64,000 nt of DNA, from contig CAWKMU010000003.1 in the NCBI GenBank assembly GCA_963850905.1, forward strand, positions 608,001 through 672,000, read 5' to 3'. Position 1 is the stretch's first letter. Each line of letters starts with the position of its first letter. Of the stretch, positions 30,503-40,153 are shown piece by piece. The notes under the pieces were generated by a model. That model made no database searches. It saw nothing but the letters and a program-made list of their open reading frames with translations, and was not told where the DNA came from. The stretch comes from an uncultured Gemmatimonadales bacterium (GTDB lineage: Bacteria > Gemmatimonadota > Gemmatimonadetes > Gemmatimonadales > Gemmatimonadaceae). A program made the position numbers and the translations under genes.

Positions 30503-31159
30503 ATGCGTACACGTCTTGCGACGCTCGCCGCGACGCACCCGCGTCGCCAGCCACGACTCCCGGTGTGGATCGGCGCCCTCGCGCTCCTCGCGAGCGCGTG
30601 CAGCCATCGCCCCCCCGTCGAGACAGCCGTTGCCCCCGACGCGCATGTCATTCGCCTCCGGAACTTCACCGTCCTGCAACCGCAAGGCGCGACCAACGCA
30701 TCCGCTTCCTCCGACGCGGTCGTCCGGAATCCGACGACGCTTCACACGATCGGCTTCGAGCTGCTGCTCGCCTTCCAGGCGCGGGGATACTTCGCCGACA
30801 CGGCAGCCCCGGATTTCGCAGTCGCGTATTACGTCGGCGAGCACCTGCCATTCGATACGTCGGTCTTCAAGTACTCGTACCCCTTCGCTCCCTACACCTG
30901 GTGGCACGACTCGCCAGCTGTGCTGCAGGCGTCGCAGTCCCCGTCGCAGGGCATTCTCGTCGTCGACGTGATCAACTCGAAGACCAAAGCGCTGCTCTGG
31001 CGCGGCGAAGCGGCGGTCCCGCTCCCAGGCGACCGCGCCGCATACGTCGAGGCGCTCCAGAACCTCGCCAATGCCATCGCCGGGAAGTTCCAGGCCGGCC
31101 TCGGCACTGGCCCGGTCGCCCCCGCGCCTCTGCCGCACGGAGGCAGACCGGGACGGTAA
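30503..31159 (+). CDS. DUF4136-like lipoprotein
   Basis: Lipobox LASAC; ARGY...PDFAVAYY; QGILVVDVINSKTKALLWRG. Confidence 0.75.
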   Translation: MRTRLATLAATHPRRQPRLPVWIGALALLASACSHRPPVETAVAPDAHVIRLRNFTVLQPQGATNASASSDAVVRNPTTLHTIGFELLLAFQARGYFADTAAPDFAVAYYVGEHLPFDTSVFKYSYPFAPYTWWHDSPAVLQASQSPSQGILVVDVINSKTKALLWRGEAAVPLPGDRAAYVEALQNLANAIAGKFQAGLGTGPVAPAPLPHGGRPGR

Positions 31160-31169
31160 CGGCGGGGTC

Positions 31170-31334
31170 GGCAAACGGCGGGGTCAGGGGTCAGGGAACA
31201 AATCGAAAGGCTGATCACGGTGCGCCGCGACCAGCCTTGGACCGGTAGGGGCGACGCATTGCGTCGCCCGTTGGTGTCGTTGCCGTTGTCGTTCCCCGGC
31301 GCCTGACCCCTGACACCCGATCCCGCCGTTTGCC
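31170..31334. repeat. Heptamer-armed palindromic element with central GTAG-REP (31245-31269)
   Basis: ggcaaacggcggggtcaggggtcagggaac ... cctgacccctgacacccgatcccgccgtttgcc. Confidence 0.8.
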
Positions 31335-31377
31335 GTCATAATGCGCGTTAGCTTTCCCTTCTCAGCCCGGAGTCACC

Positions 31378-32622
31378 ATGTCCGACGCATACATCGTCGA
31401 CGCCGTGCGGACGCCGCGCGGCAAAGGGAAGCGGGGGAAAGGGGCGCTCACAGAGATCCACCCCCAAGAGCTGCTCGCCCAGACGCTCAATCGCCTCGTC
31501 GAGCGCAGCGGCGTCTCGCCTGGTGATGTCGACGATGTGGTGATCGGCTGCGTGTCACAGGTCGGCGAACAGGGCGCCAACCTCGCGCGCAATGCCGTGC
31601 TCGCAGCCGGCTGGCCCGACGAGGTGTCGGGCACCACGATCAACCGCTTCTGCGCATCCGGGCTGCAGGCTGTGAACTTCGCCGCCATGGGCGTCCTCGC
31701 CGGGGTCCAGCAGGTCACGGTCGGTGGCGGCGTCGAGAGCATGTCGCGCGTGCCCATTGGTGCCGACGGCGGCGGCACCGATGGCGGCAACACGCACCTG
31801 CGCCAGCGTGTGTTCCAGGTGCCGCAAGGCATTAGCGCCGACTTGATCGCCACCCGGGAGCGGATCGCGCGCGAGACCCTCGATGCCTTCGCGCTCGAAT
31901 CGCAGCGCCGTGCGGCCGTCGCGCAGCGCGAGTGTCGCTTCGGGAAGAGTCTGTTCCCCGTCAAAGACCCGACGACGGGTACCCTCGCACTCGATCGGGA
32001 CGAGTACCTCCGACCTTCCACCACGATGGAGGCGCTCGGCGCACTGCCGCCCGCGTTCGCCGAGCTGGGGGCGACAGCTGTCGGTCCACACGGCGAGACC
32101 CTGGACCAGATCGCAGAGGCCCGCTATCCCGACGCCGGCCCGATCCAACACGTCCACACCGCCGGCAATTCCAGCGGCATTGTCGATGGCGCCGCGGCGG
32201 TGCTGATCGCATCGAAGGAGTACGTGCGCGCACACGGACTCCGCCCTCGCGCGCGGATCCGGGCGATGGCGACGCTGGGCTCCGAGCCGCTCATCATGCT
32301 GACCGCCCCGGCCGCCGTCTCGCGCAAAGCGCTCGCCGCCGCGGGCATGACGATCCCCGACATCGATCTCTGGGAGATCAATGAAGCGTTTGCCGTCGTG
32401 CCAATCCAGACGATGCGCGCACTGCGGGTCGATGCGGACCGCGTCAACGTCAACGGTGGCGCGATCGCCTTGGGCCACCCCCTCGGCGCAACCGGCGCGA
32501 TCCTCTTGGGCACCATCCTCGATGAGTTGGAGCGACGCGACCTCGCAGTCGGGCTCGTGACACTCTGCATCGGTGGCGGCCAGGGCGTGGCGACGATCGT
32601 GGAGCGGACGGACCGCGCGTAG
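31378..32622 (+). CDS. Acetyl-CoA C-acetyltransferase (thiolase)
   Basis: [59 protein letters not shown]. Confidence 0.95.
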   Translation: MSDAYIVDAVRTPRGKGKRGKGALTEIHPQELLAQTLNRLVERSGVSPGDVDDVVIGCVSQVGEQGANLARNAVLAAGWPDEVSGTTINRFCASGLQAVNFAAMGVLAGVQQVTVGGGVESMSRVPIGADGGGTDGGNTHLRQRVFQVPQGISADLIATRERIARETLDAFALESQRRAAVAQRECRFGKSLFPVKDPTTGTLALDRDEYLRPSTTMEALGALPPAFAELGATAVGPHGETLDQIAEARYPDAGPIQHVHTAGNSSGIVDGAAAVLIASKEYVRAHGLRPRARIRAMATLGSEPLIMLTAPAAVSRKALAAAGMTIPDIDLWEINEAFAVVPIQTMRALRVDADRVNVNGGAIALGHPLGATGAILLGTILDELERRDLAVGLVTLCIGGGQGVATIVERTDRA

Positions 32623-32673
32623 CGAGGCTGAGCGGCCGATCCTTACACCGCTCTCGTTCCCCACAGGCGATCG

Positions 32674-33891
32674 ATGACCGCACCGGACGCACAGGGCACG
32701 CGCACGTCGACCGAGGGCCCGCGACGCGAGCAAGCGCGCGCCGCACTCAGGTTCGTCCTGCTGCTCGGCGTCGTCAGCCTCTTCGCGGACATGACCTACG
32801 AAGCCGCGCGGAGCGCCGTGGGGCCCTTCTTGGGCCTCCTGGGCGCGAGTGCCGTGGTCGTCAGCTCCGTGAGCGGGATTGGCGAATTGATCGGGTACGC
32901 CTTGCGCCTCCCGTCGGGACTCCTCGCCGACCGGACCCATCGCTACTGGACCGTGACGATCGTCGGCTACGCCGTGAATCTGCTGGCCGTACCGCTCCTC
33001 GCATTCGCGGGGAACTGGCAGGTCGCCGCTCTCCTGGTCGTGGTCGAGCGCGCGGGACGCGCGCTTCGCAAACCGTCCGGCGATGCCATGCTCTCACACG
33101 CGGCCTCGGTGATCGGTCGTGGATGGGCATTCGGCCTGCGCGAAGCGTTGGACCAGACGGGCGCCGTCGTGGGCCCGCTGCTCGTCGCATGGGCCCTCGC
33201 CCGACACGCCGGGTATTCGTTCGCGTTCGGGATGCTGGTCATCCCGGCGTCGCTTGCGCTCCTCGCCCTGCTCATTGCGCAGCGCCTCTATCCCGCGCCT
33301 CACACACTCGAAGTCAAGCGGCCAGCGCTACCCGAGACCGCCGGGACGACACGTGCATTTCGTATGTACGTCGCTGCCGGAGCATTCCTTGCGGCCGGCA
33401 CAGTCGACTTCCCGCTCATCGCCTTCCATTTCGCCAAGGACGCCGTGGTCAGCGCCCCGAGCGTGCCCCTGCTGTACGCGGTCGCCATGGCCGCCGCAGC
33501 CATCGCCGCCCCGCTCGTCGGACGAGTCTACGACCGGCTGGGATTGATCGTCGTCGCTGCTGCCTGCTTGTTGCCCGCCGCTGCCGCGCCACTCGCGTTC
33601 CTCGGGGGTGCAACCGCTGCGGCCGTGGGAGTCGCGCTGTGGGGAGTCGGCATGGGCGTGCAGGACGCAACGGTGCGCGCAGCCGTCGCTGACATGACAC
33701 CGACCGAACGCCGCGCTGGCGCATACGGGTTGTTCGACGCCACGTTTGGCGTGGCATGGTTCGCCGGGAGTGCCCTCATGGGCGTGCTGTACAGCCGCGC
33801 GCCGATGGCGCTTGTCGAATTCTCCGTGGTGACCCAGGTCATCGCAGTCGTACTCCTCGGCGTCGCAGCGAGGATGAAACACGCACATTGA
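32674..33891 (+). CDS. MFS transporter
   Basis: About 12 TM; VSLFADMTYEAARS, SGLLADR, GRVYDR. Confidence 0.9.
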   Translation: MTAPDAQGTRTSTEGPRREQARAALRFVLLLGVVSLFADMTYEAARSAVGPFLGLLGASAVVVSSVSGIGELIGYALRLPSGLLADRTHRYWTVTIVGYAVNLLAVPLLAFAGNWQVAALLVVVERAGRALRKPSGDAMLSHAASVIGRGWAFGLREALDQTGAVVGPLLVAWALARHAGYSFAFGMLVIPASLALLALLIAQRLYPAPHTLEVKRPALPETAGTTRAFRMYVAAGAFLAAGTVDFPLIAFHFAKDAVVSAPSVPLLYAVAMAAAAIAAPLVGRVYDRLGLIVVAAACLLPAAAAPLAFLGGATAAAVGVALWGVGMGVQDATVRAAVADMTPTERRAGAYGLFDATFGVAWFAGSALMGVLYSRAPMALVEFSVVTQVIAVVLLGVAARMKHAH

Positions 33892-33906
33892 GATGAGGTC
33901 CAAATC

Positions 33907-35871
33907 ATGAAGGCTCTCCCGTCCGTGGTGCTGTGCGCGCTCACCTTCGCCGGGCTCGCCGCCGGTGCCCCACGAGCCAGCGCGCAACGCGCGGCCAGCG
34001 CCCCGGCCCACCGGTTCGGCGACGTCGCTGTGTCGCCAGATGGCAAATATCTCGCATGGGTTGGCGTGACGTCCGCGGGATCCGCGTCGGCCCCCGGATT
34101 GGTGATCATGGACCGCGCGCGTGGCCTGGCAAGTGCGGTCACGGTCGACGTGCGAGGCGCGCACGCGCCCAGCTGGTCACGCGACGGACGGACGCTCGCG
34201 TTCCTCGCCGCCAGCGGTCGCGCGGACACGACGGGCATCTATTTGGTTGCACCAGGCGCCGCGACGCCCCGGTTGGTCGCCAGAGTCGCTGGCAGCGTGC
34301 AGGAGCCCGAGCTGTCTCCCGATGGCAGCCAGATCGCCGTGCTGTATTCCGCGCCCAACGAGGAGGCGAACGGACCAACCGAGGCGACACCGCGCGACAC
34401 GGGCGCCATCGACAATTTCGTGGATCGCCAACACCTGGCACTGGTCGACACACGGTCGGGCGCGCTGCGCGTCATCTCCCCGCATGACTTGTACGTGTTC
34501 GAGTTCCAGTGGGCTCCCAACGGCAGTGAGCTCGCCGCCACAGCCGCAGACGGATCTGGCAACAACAATTGGTACGCCGCCCGCCTCGTCGCGATCTCAC
34601 CAGCGGGCGCACTTCGCGAGATTGCCCGGCCCGCGCTGCAGATGGCCGAGCCGCAGTGGTCGCCCGACGGCGGGCAGATCGCCTTTATCGGTGGCTTGAT
34701 GAGCGACGAAGGCGTCATTGGCGGCGACCTGTATGTCGCGCCGGCGACCGGCGGCACCCCGCGCGACGTCACGCCGACGCTCCCAGTGTCCGCCGCGACG
34801 TTCGCGTGGACCGGATCCCACACGGTTCTGGTCACATCGTGGGCGCACGGCGGGTCCGAGATCGCGACCGTCGATATGACGACGGGCGCCGTCGCGCCGC
34901 TCTGGACGACGGATGACGCCGTCTCCACCGGCGGCTATCTCCCGCATGTCTCTGCGACGCGCGATGGGGCCCTCGTGGCGATGACGCGAGAATCACTGGC
35001 TCAACCGCCAGAGCTGTGGGTCGGTCCTCCCGGTCGGCCGGCGCAGCTGACCCACGTGAACGACGGCATCACACCCGCGTGGGGGAAAGCCGAGCATGTG
35101 ACTTGGCACAACGACGGACTGGCGATCGAGGGCATCCTGCTGGCACCGCAGCAAGTCGAGCCCGGGCGCCGGTATCCGATGATCGTGGCGGTGCATGGCG
35201 GCCCGGCGGCCGCCTCGCGTCCTTTCTGGTCTTCCCCTGGATCGCTCGACGCGCGGCTGTCGCAGGCGGGATACTACGTGTTCCTGCCCAATCCGCGCGG
35301 CAGCTACGGCGCCGGCGAGGCCTTCACTCGCGGAAACGTGAAGGACTTGGGGTACGGCGATCTCCGCGACATCATGAGCGGCATCGACACGATCGTCAGT
35401 CGCTTCCCGGTCGACAGCCAACGGCTCGGCATCACCGGCGGCAGCTACGGCGGGTACATGACGATGTGGGCGGTAACGCAGACGACCCGGTTCCGCGCCG
35501 CCGTGTCCGTCGCCGGTTTGTCGAACTGGCTGAGCTACGCGGGCGAGAACGGCATCAATCGATGGATGCTGGCGTATTTCGGTGGCGCCACGGTGTACGA
35601 CGATCCGGCCGTCTATGCGCGAAGCGCACCGATCAGCTTCATCAACGCAGCGCGCACGCCGACGCTGATCGTGGCGGGCGAGCGAGACGCCGAGTGCCCC
35701 GCGCCGCAATCGTTCGAGTTCTGGCGCGGCTTGCAGCACGCCGGCGCGCCGGCAGAACTCATTGTGTACGCCGACGAAGGCCACGGCATCCGCCAGCCCA
35801 CACACGCCGCGGACCTGATGACGCGGACGCTGGGCTGGTTTGGGAAGTATCTGGGGGCGACGACGCAGTAG
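33907..35871 (+). CDS. S9 family peptidase (acylaminoacyl/dipeptidyl peptidase), secreted
   Basis: Signal peptide; WSPDG propeller repeats; VHGGP, PNPRGS, GGSYGG, GERDAEC, DEGHG. Confidence 0.93.
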   Translation: MKALPSVVLCALTFAGLAAGAPRASAQRAASAPAHRFGDVAVSPDGKYLAWVGVTSAGSASAPGLVIMDRARGLASAVTVDVRGAHAPSWSRDGRTLAFLAASGRADTTGIYLVAPGAATPRLVARVAGSVQEPELSPDGSQIAVLYSAPNEEANGPTEATPRDTGAIDNFVDRQHLALVDTRSGALRVISPHDLYVFEFQWAPNGSELAATAADGSGNNNWYAARLVAISPAGALREIARPALQMAEPQWSPDGGQIAFIGGLMSDEGVIGGDLYVAPATGGTPRDVTPTLPVSAATFAWTGSHTVLVTSWAHGGSEIATVDMTTGAVAPLWTTDDAVSTGGYLPHVSATRDGALVAMTRESLAQPPELWVGPPGRPAQLTHVNDGITPAWGKAEHVTWHNDGLAIEGILLAPQQVEPGRRYPMIVAVHGGPAAASRPFWSSPGSLDARLSQAGYYVFLPNPRGSYGAGEAFTRGNVKDLGYGDLRDIMSGIDTIVSRFPVDSQRLGITGGSYGGYMTMWAVTQTTRFRAAVSVAGLSNWLSYAGENGINRWMLAYFGGATVYDDPAVYARSAPISFINAARTPTLIVAGERDAECPAPQSFEFWRGLQHAGAPAELIVYADEGHGIRQPTHAADLMTRTLGWFGKYLGATTQ

Positions 35872-35882
35872 AGCGGAGACCT

Positions 35883-36093
35883 GAACGGCGGGATCAGGGG
35901 TCAGGGGTCAGGGGTCAGGGGAACAAAACGACATGCGGTCACCGTGCACGGCGCCCTGCCTTGGACCGGTAGGGGCGACGCATTGCGTCGCCCTGCGTGG
36001 CCGGCCCGAACGACGACATCAATGAACCAACACCGCCCCTGCCTCCGCGTTTTCTTCCCTGACCCCTGACCCCTGACCCCTGATCCCGGCGTT
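35883..36093. repeat. Heptamer-armed palindromic element with central GTAG-REP (35969-35993)
   Basis: gaacggcgggatcaggggtcaggggtcaggggtcaggggaac ... ttccctgacccctgacccctgacccctgatcccggcgtt. Confidence 0.85.
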
Positions 36094-36182
36094 TGCCATC
36101 CGACCCCTGTCTCGCGGGTCGCCATGGTAGCGCCAAACGGTACCCCCGTGTACCCTCAGCAGTCCCGTAACGAGAATCCGCC

Positions 36183-37052
36183 ATGGCAACGGGCAAGAAG
36201 CGCGCGTCGAAAACGTCGGCGTCGCGCCCCAAGAAGACGACCGCACGCACGAAGAAATCGGCTCGGAACGCACCCGCGAAGACCGCGGCGAAACGCCCCG
36301 CAGCGCCGAAAACGACTGTGGCGCCGCACGCCGTCGTGGGCGCACGCGAGCGGGCGCGCGGCCCGAGCGCATCGGGGCCGCCATACCTCCACTACGTGGG
36401 CGCGCGCCTCGGCGTGAAGATCTGGATCGTGGATGGCGCGTACGTCCGCAAGAACATCGACGAAGAGTTCAGCAACTTCGGGCATCACTTCTCGGTTGAA
36501 GAGATCCCGATCGATGAGATCTGGCTGGACCGCGAGGCGCATCCCGATGAGCAGCGGTTTTTCATCGCACACGCGGTCGTCGAGCGACGGACCATGGTTG
36601 AGGGAAAGAGTTATGACGAGGCCCGCCAACTCGCCTGCGATGCGGAGTATCGGTTGCGCGAGCACACCACCGACCTCCGCCACGTCGCCCCTCAGCGGTC
36701 GTTGCCGGAGGCCGACCGCGTGCACGTGCGGCTTCGGAAGGAATTGGGCGATGGAACCGCGGTGTGGATCGTCGATGGTCGCCTCGTCCGATCCGTTTTC
36801 GACATCGAATTCACGGAAGGCGGCCATGAGTACGTCTACGAGTTCGTGCCGCACGGACAAGTGTGGATCGACGACGATGTCGTGGAGGAGGAAATCGGCT
36901 ACGTGATCCTGCACGAGTTGCACGAACGCAATCTGATGGCCAAGGGCATGACCTACGACGCAGCCCATGACTCGGCCAGCAAGATCGAGCTCCACTGCCG
37001 GCGACACCCCCATCTGCTTCACGCCGCACTCGCAGCCGAGGGATGGGAGTGA
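36183..37052 (+). CDS. Hypothetical protein: K/A/R-rich tail plus two tandem homologous domains, second with HExxE...H motif
   Basis: IWIVDGAYVRKNIDEEF...EIWLD and VWIVDGRLVRSVFDIEF...QVWID; ILHELHERNLMAKGMTYDAAH. Confidence 0.75.
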   Translation: MATGKKRASKTSASRPKKTTARTKKSARNAPAKTAAKRPAAPKTTVAPHAVVGARERARGPSASGPPYLHYVGARLGVKIWIVDGAYVRKNIDEEFSNFGHHFSVEEIPIDEIWLDREAHPDEQRFFIAHAVVERRTMVEGKSYDEARQLACDAEYRLREHTTDLRHVAPQRSLPEADRVHVRLRKELGDGTAVWIVDGRLVRSVFDIEFTEGGHEYVYEFVPHGQVWIDDDVVEEEIGYVILHELHERNLMAKGMTYDAAHDSASKIELHCRRHPHLLHAALAAEGWE

Positions 37053-37585
37053 TCGACCGCGCGCGCAGCAGCGTCGCACTCAGAGCGCTGGAGCCCGACG
37101 ACCGCGAGGCCGTGCACCATATTCTCGAGCAGACGGGCTTCTTCACTCCGGTGGAGGTGTCCACCGCGCTCGAGTTGATCGACGAATGGCTGGCCCGCGG
37201 GGAGCCGAGCGACTACCTCTGCTTTGTGGCGACTGACCCGCGATCGCAGGCGGTCCTCGGGTATGTCTGCTTCGGCCCCGTGCCACTCACCGATGGCACG
37301 TACGACCTCTATTGGATTGCAGTCGACCCGGGCACGCAGGGCCGCGGCGTCGGACGGGCCCTCGTCGATTATGCGGAGGCCGAGGTCACTCGCCGACGCG
37401 GACGCCTCGTGCTGATCGAGACGTCATCCCTGGACAAGTACCACCCGACAGTGCGGTTCTACGAACGGTGCGGATACTTGTTGCTCGCCCGTCTCACCGA
37501 CTTTTACCGTCCAGGCGATGACAAGTTGGTGTTTGGCAAGTACCTCACGAGCCAGAGCCCCCGACCCGCGCGGAGCCGCCGCTAG
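37049..37585 (+). CDS. GNAT family N-acetyltransferase
   Basis: GYVCFGP, TYDLYWIAVDPGTQGRGVGRAL, IETSS, RFYERCGY; start (GTG 37049 or ATG 37043) overlaps the upstream stop. Confidence 0.9.
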   Translation: MIDRARSSVALRALEPDDREAVHHILEQTGFFTPVEVSTALELIDEWLARGEPSDYLCFVATDPRSQAVLGYVCFGPVPLTDGTYDLYWIAVDPGTQGRGVGRALVDYAEAEVTRRRGRLVLIETSSLDKYHPTVRFYERCGYLLLARLTDFYRPGDDKLVFGKYLTSQSPRPARSRR

Positions 37586-38071
37586 TCGGCCCCTGAGTTG
37601 TCTCCCTTCTCCGCGCTCTTCTCCCCTTTCTCGGCCGCGAAGCGGCCGCGCCCTTCGGGACGATAGAACACGCTGAACAGTCCCCAGGCGCTGAAGAGGG
37701 AAAGCGCCCCGAAGAGCAGGCCGCCCAGCACGACGACCGGGATCAACTCGACGAGCGCGGCCGGCAGTGCCGGCAGGGGGGCCGCAGCCGCCGCGACACG
37801 AGAGCGCACGACCAGCGTTTCGACAATGACGCCGATCGCCAGCCCCGTACAGGTGACTGTGGTCATGGCAATGAACACATCGCGCGCCCAGGCGCGCGAC
37901 CCAAATCGGAAACGGTACTCGGGCGGCACGGTGAACACGAACAGGAGCGGCGGCCAGCCGCCGAGCCACCGCAGAATGCTTCGCGCGGCCATACTCCGAC
38001 ACGAGAAAGCAGATGGCGAACGCCACCGCAGAGAGTGCGAGGAATGCGCGCTTGCCCGATGGTTGGCTCAT
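37582..38071 (-). CDS. Hypothetical membrane protein (possible frameshift near 37995)
   Basis: Hydrophobic N-terminus MSQPSGKRAFLALSAVAFAICFLV and TM-rich ORF 37582-37992. Confidence 0.45.
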
Positions 38072-38145
38072 GGTCGGAGGAACATCTCGGTTGTCTCCAT
38101 TCTCCTTTCTGGCCCGCTCCTCTCTCGGGCGCGACGCGCCCGCCC

Positions 38146-38802
38146 CTAGGTCTTACTCGCCTCGTTGCTCAATACGTGGAACGCGTGGTCCGCCCACCGG
38201 TTCTCGCGGAAGCCCGGGATGCACCATAGCTGTACGAGTGGCTCGATCGCTCGAGCGGCGCGTGCGGTCCCCATGTCGGCCGGCTCCCACCCACACTGCT
38301 CGAGCAAGCTGCGCACGATCGCCTTCGCGTCCGCGTCATTGCCGCAATAGAACATGGTGGGTCGCGCACTGAAGCGCGGGTTCACCATCAGCGCGGCGCC
38401 GACGCTGTTGAAAGCCTTGACGAAACGCACCTCGGGATAGGTCGTCTGCAACTGCTCCATGAGGGACGAGTTCGGTCCCGTGAACAAGCGGAGCACACCG
38501 TCCTCGGGCGGCTCATCGGTAATCGGGTTCGTCGTATCGATCACCAGCTTGCCACGCAGGTTCGCGACGCCCGTGTCGCGAACGGCGTCGACGGCGCCGG
38601 TGCCTTTGACACATAGCACGAGATGCTCGGCCCAGCGCGCCACGTCGGCAAACGTCCCGCTCGCGACGCCGGTGGATTTGGTGAAGCTCGCGAGCTTGCC
38701 GCCGTCGCGGCACCCGATTTTGACGCTGTGCCCCTTGTCTCGGAGGCCGATGGCGAGAGTCTGACCGACCAAGCCAGAGCCCAGGATGCCGTATTTACTC
38801 AT
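38146..38802 (-). CDS. NADP oxidoreductase, F420-dependent/dinucleotide-binding family
   Basis: MSKYGILGSGLVGQTLA, KLVIDTTNP, FVKAFNSVG, CGNDADAK, ARAIEPL. Confidence 0.88.
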   Translation of the reverse strand: MSKYGILGSGLVGQTLAIGLRDKGHSVKIGCRDGGKLASFTKSTGVASGTFADVARWAEHLVLCVKGTGAVDAVRDTGVANLRGKLVIDTTNPITDEPPEDGVLRLFTGPNSSLMEQLQTTYPEVRFVKAFNSVGAALMVNPRFSARPTMFYCGNDADAKAIVRSLLEQCGWEPADMGTARAARAIEPLVQLWCIPGFRENRWADHAFHVLSNEASKT

Positions 38803-38878
38803 GCGGTGCCTCGATCTGCACAGTGGGACATGTGGTGAGTGTCGCAGTAATCGACTCACGAACAGCGAGGTTCCCCCG

Positions 38879-39391
38879 GTAGAGGCGACGCATTGCGTCG
38901 CCCTGCATCACCGTCGGCACGGCCCCGTGATCGTCGACGCCTATCCGCACGCACAGGGTCCGTCGCCACACCAGCTGCGCGGCCCTGGACCGGTAGGGGC
39001 GACGCATTGCGTCGCCCTGCATCACCGTCCGCACGGCCCGGTGATCGTCGACGCCTATCCGCACGCACAGGGTCCGTCGCCACACCAGCTGCCTGGCCCT
39101 GGACCGGTAGGGGCGACGCATTGCGTCGCCCTGCATCACCGTCCGCACGGCCCGGTGATCGTCGACGCCTATCCGCACGCACAGGGTCCGTCGCCACACC
39201 AGCTGCCTGGCCCTGGACCGGTAGGGGCGACGCATTGCGTCGCCCTGCATCACCGTCCGCACGGCCCCGTGATCGTCGACGCCTATCCGCACGCACAGGG
39301 TCCGTCGCCACACCAGTTGCCTGGCCCCGGACCGGTAGGGGCGACGCATTGCGTCGCCCTGCATCACCGTCCGCACGGCCCCGTGATCGTC
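38879..39391 (+). repeat. Tandem array of 4.5 x 114-bp units, each starting with a GTAG-REP (BIME-like)
   Basis: GTAG at 38879, 38993, 39107, 39221, 39335; units nearly identical. Confidence 0.95.
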
Positions 39392-39420
39392 ATGCCGGAC
39401 GACGGCCGAGGTTGCCGGTC

Positions 39421-39538
39421 TCATGACGCGATCGCCTCGCGAGCCGATTGCCAGACATGCACGTTGCCCTTGTGTGCGACGAGCGCCACTAGGCCAGCGA
39501 TCTCGCCGCGTGCGATGTAGCCCGCGAGCAGCTCATGC
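39421..39538 (-). pseudogene. N-terminal stub of a serine hydrolase (beta-lactamase family)
   Basis: MHELLAGYIARGEIAGLVALVAHKGNVH resembles the N-terminus of class C-like serine hydrolases; stops after about 39 codons. Confidence 0.45.
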
Positions 39539-39585
39539 ATGTGGTCGAAAGGCATGAAAGCGAGAGGCAGGGGGGCGGCCGCTGC

Positions 39586-39713
39586 ACGCCCGAGAGAGTC
39601 GAAATGCCGAAAGTAGAAAGTAGACGAGGAGAGGGCAGATTTGCGAGATGTCTCAGGCCGTTGTCTACTTTCTACTTTCTGTAGGTCTACTTTCTCGGGC
39701 GCGCAGCGCCCGA
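39586..39713. repeat. Palindromic element with (AGAAAGT) heptamer arms
   Basis: cgcccgagagagtcgaaatgccgaaagtagaaagtagac ... gtctactttctactttctgtaggtctactttctcgggcgcgcagcgcccgag. Confidence 0.7.
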
Positions 39714-39730
39714 GGCATCGCGAGGATCCA

Positions 39731-40129
39731 ATGCCCGCGCCCGCCACCATCCCGAACGACACCGCACTCGCGCAGATCGGTCAGATCGCGATCACCGCGC
39801 ACGACGTCGACCGTGCGACGGCGTTCTACCGCGACGTACTGGGTCTCCGGCACCTGTTCCGGGCGGGCCAGCTCTCCTTCTTCGACTGCGGGGGCGTGCG
39901 CCTCATGCTGGATAAGCCGGAGAAGCCGGAGTTCGATCACCCGAGCTCGATCCTGTACTTCAGGGTCGCCGACATTCAAGCGACACGCGCACGACTGGCG
40001 GCTGGTGGCGCGCGTTTCGTGGACGAGCCCCACGTCATCGCCCCGATGCCGACCTACGATCTATGGATGACGTTCTTCCGAGATTCGGAAGACAACCTGT
40101 TGGCGCTCATGAGCGAAGTGCCGCGCTGA
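39731..40129 (+). CDS. VOC/glyoxalase family protein
   Basis: QIGQIAI, ATAFYRDVLGL, FFDCGGVRLML, LYFRVADI, FFRDSEDNLLALMSE. Confidence 0.92.
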   Translation: MPAPATIPNDTALAQIGQIAITAHDVDRATAFYRDVLGLRHLFRAGQLSFFDCGGVRLMLDKPEKPEFDHPSSILYFRVADIQATRARLAAGGARFVDEPHVIAPMPTYDLWMTFFRDSEDNLLALMSEVPR

Positions 40130-40153
40130 TGCCGCCCGTTGCGCCGTGGGCCC

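Noticed and set aside
9732..37585. A dedicated bacterial chromatin-modification operon (SET, methyltransferase, GNAT, histone-like tail)
   Set aside because: The genes are dispersed over 28 kb among unrelated genes; only the tail protein and GNAT are linked
38879..39391. CRISPR array (25-bp palindromic repeat at regular spacing)
   Set aside because: The 89-bp spacers are near-identical to each other, the repeat is a dispersed REP, and no cas genes are present
38786..39520. 244-aa His/Pro-rich repeat protein and its opposite-strand ORFs
   Set aside because: They arise from the 114-bp DNA repeat being open in several frames; the same VGATHCVA translation appears wherever the REP occurs
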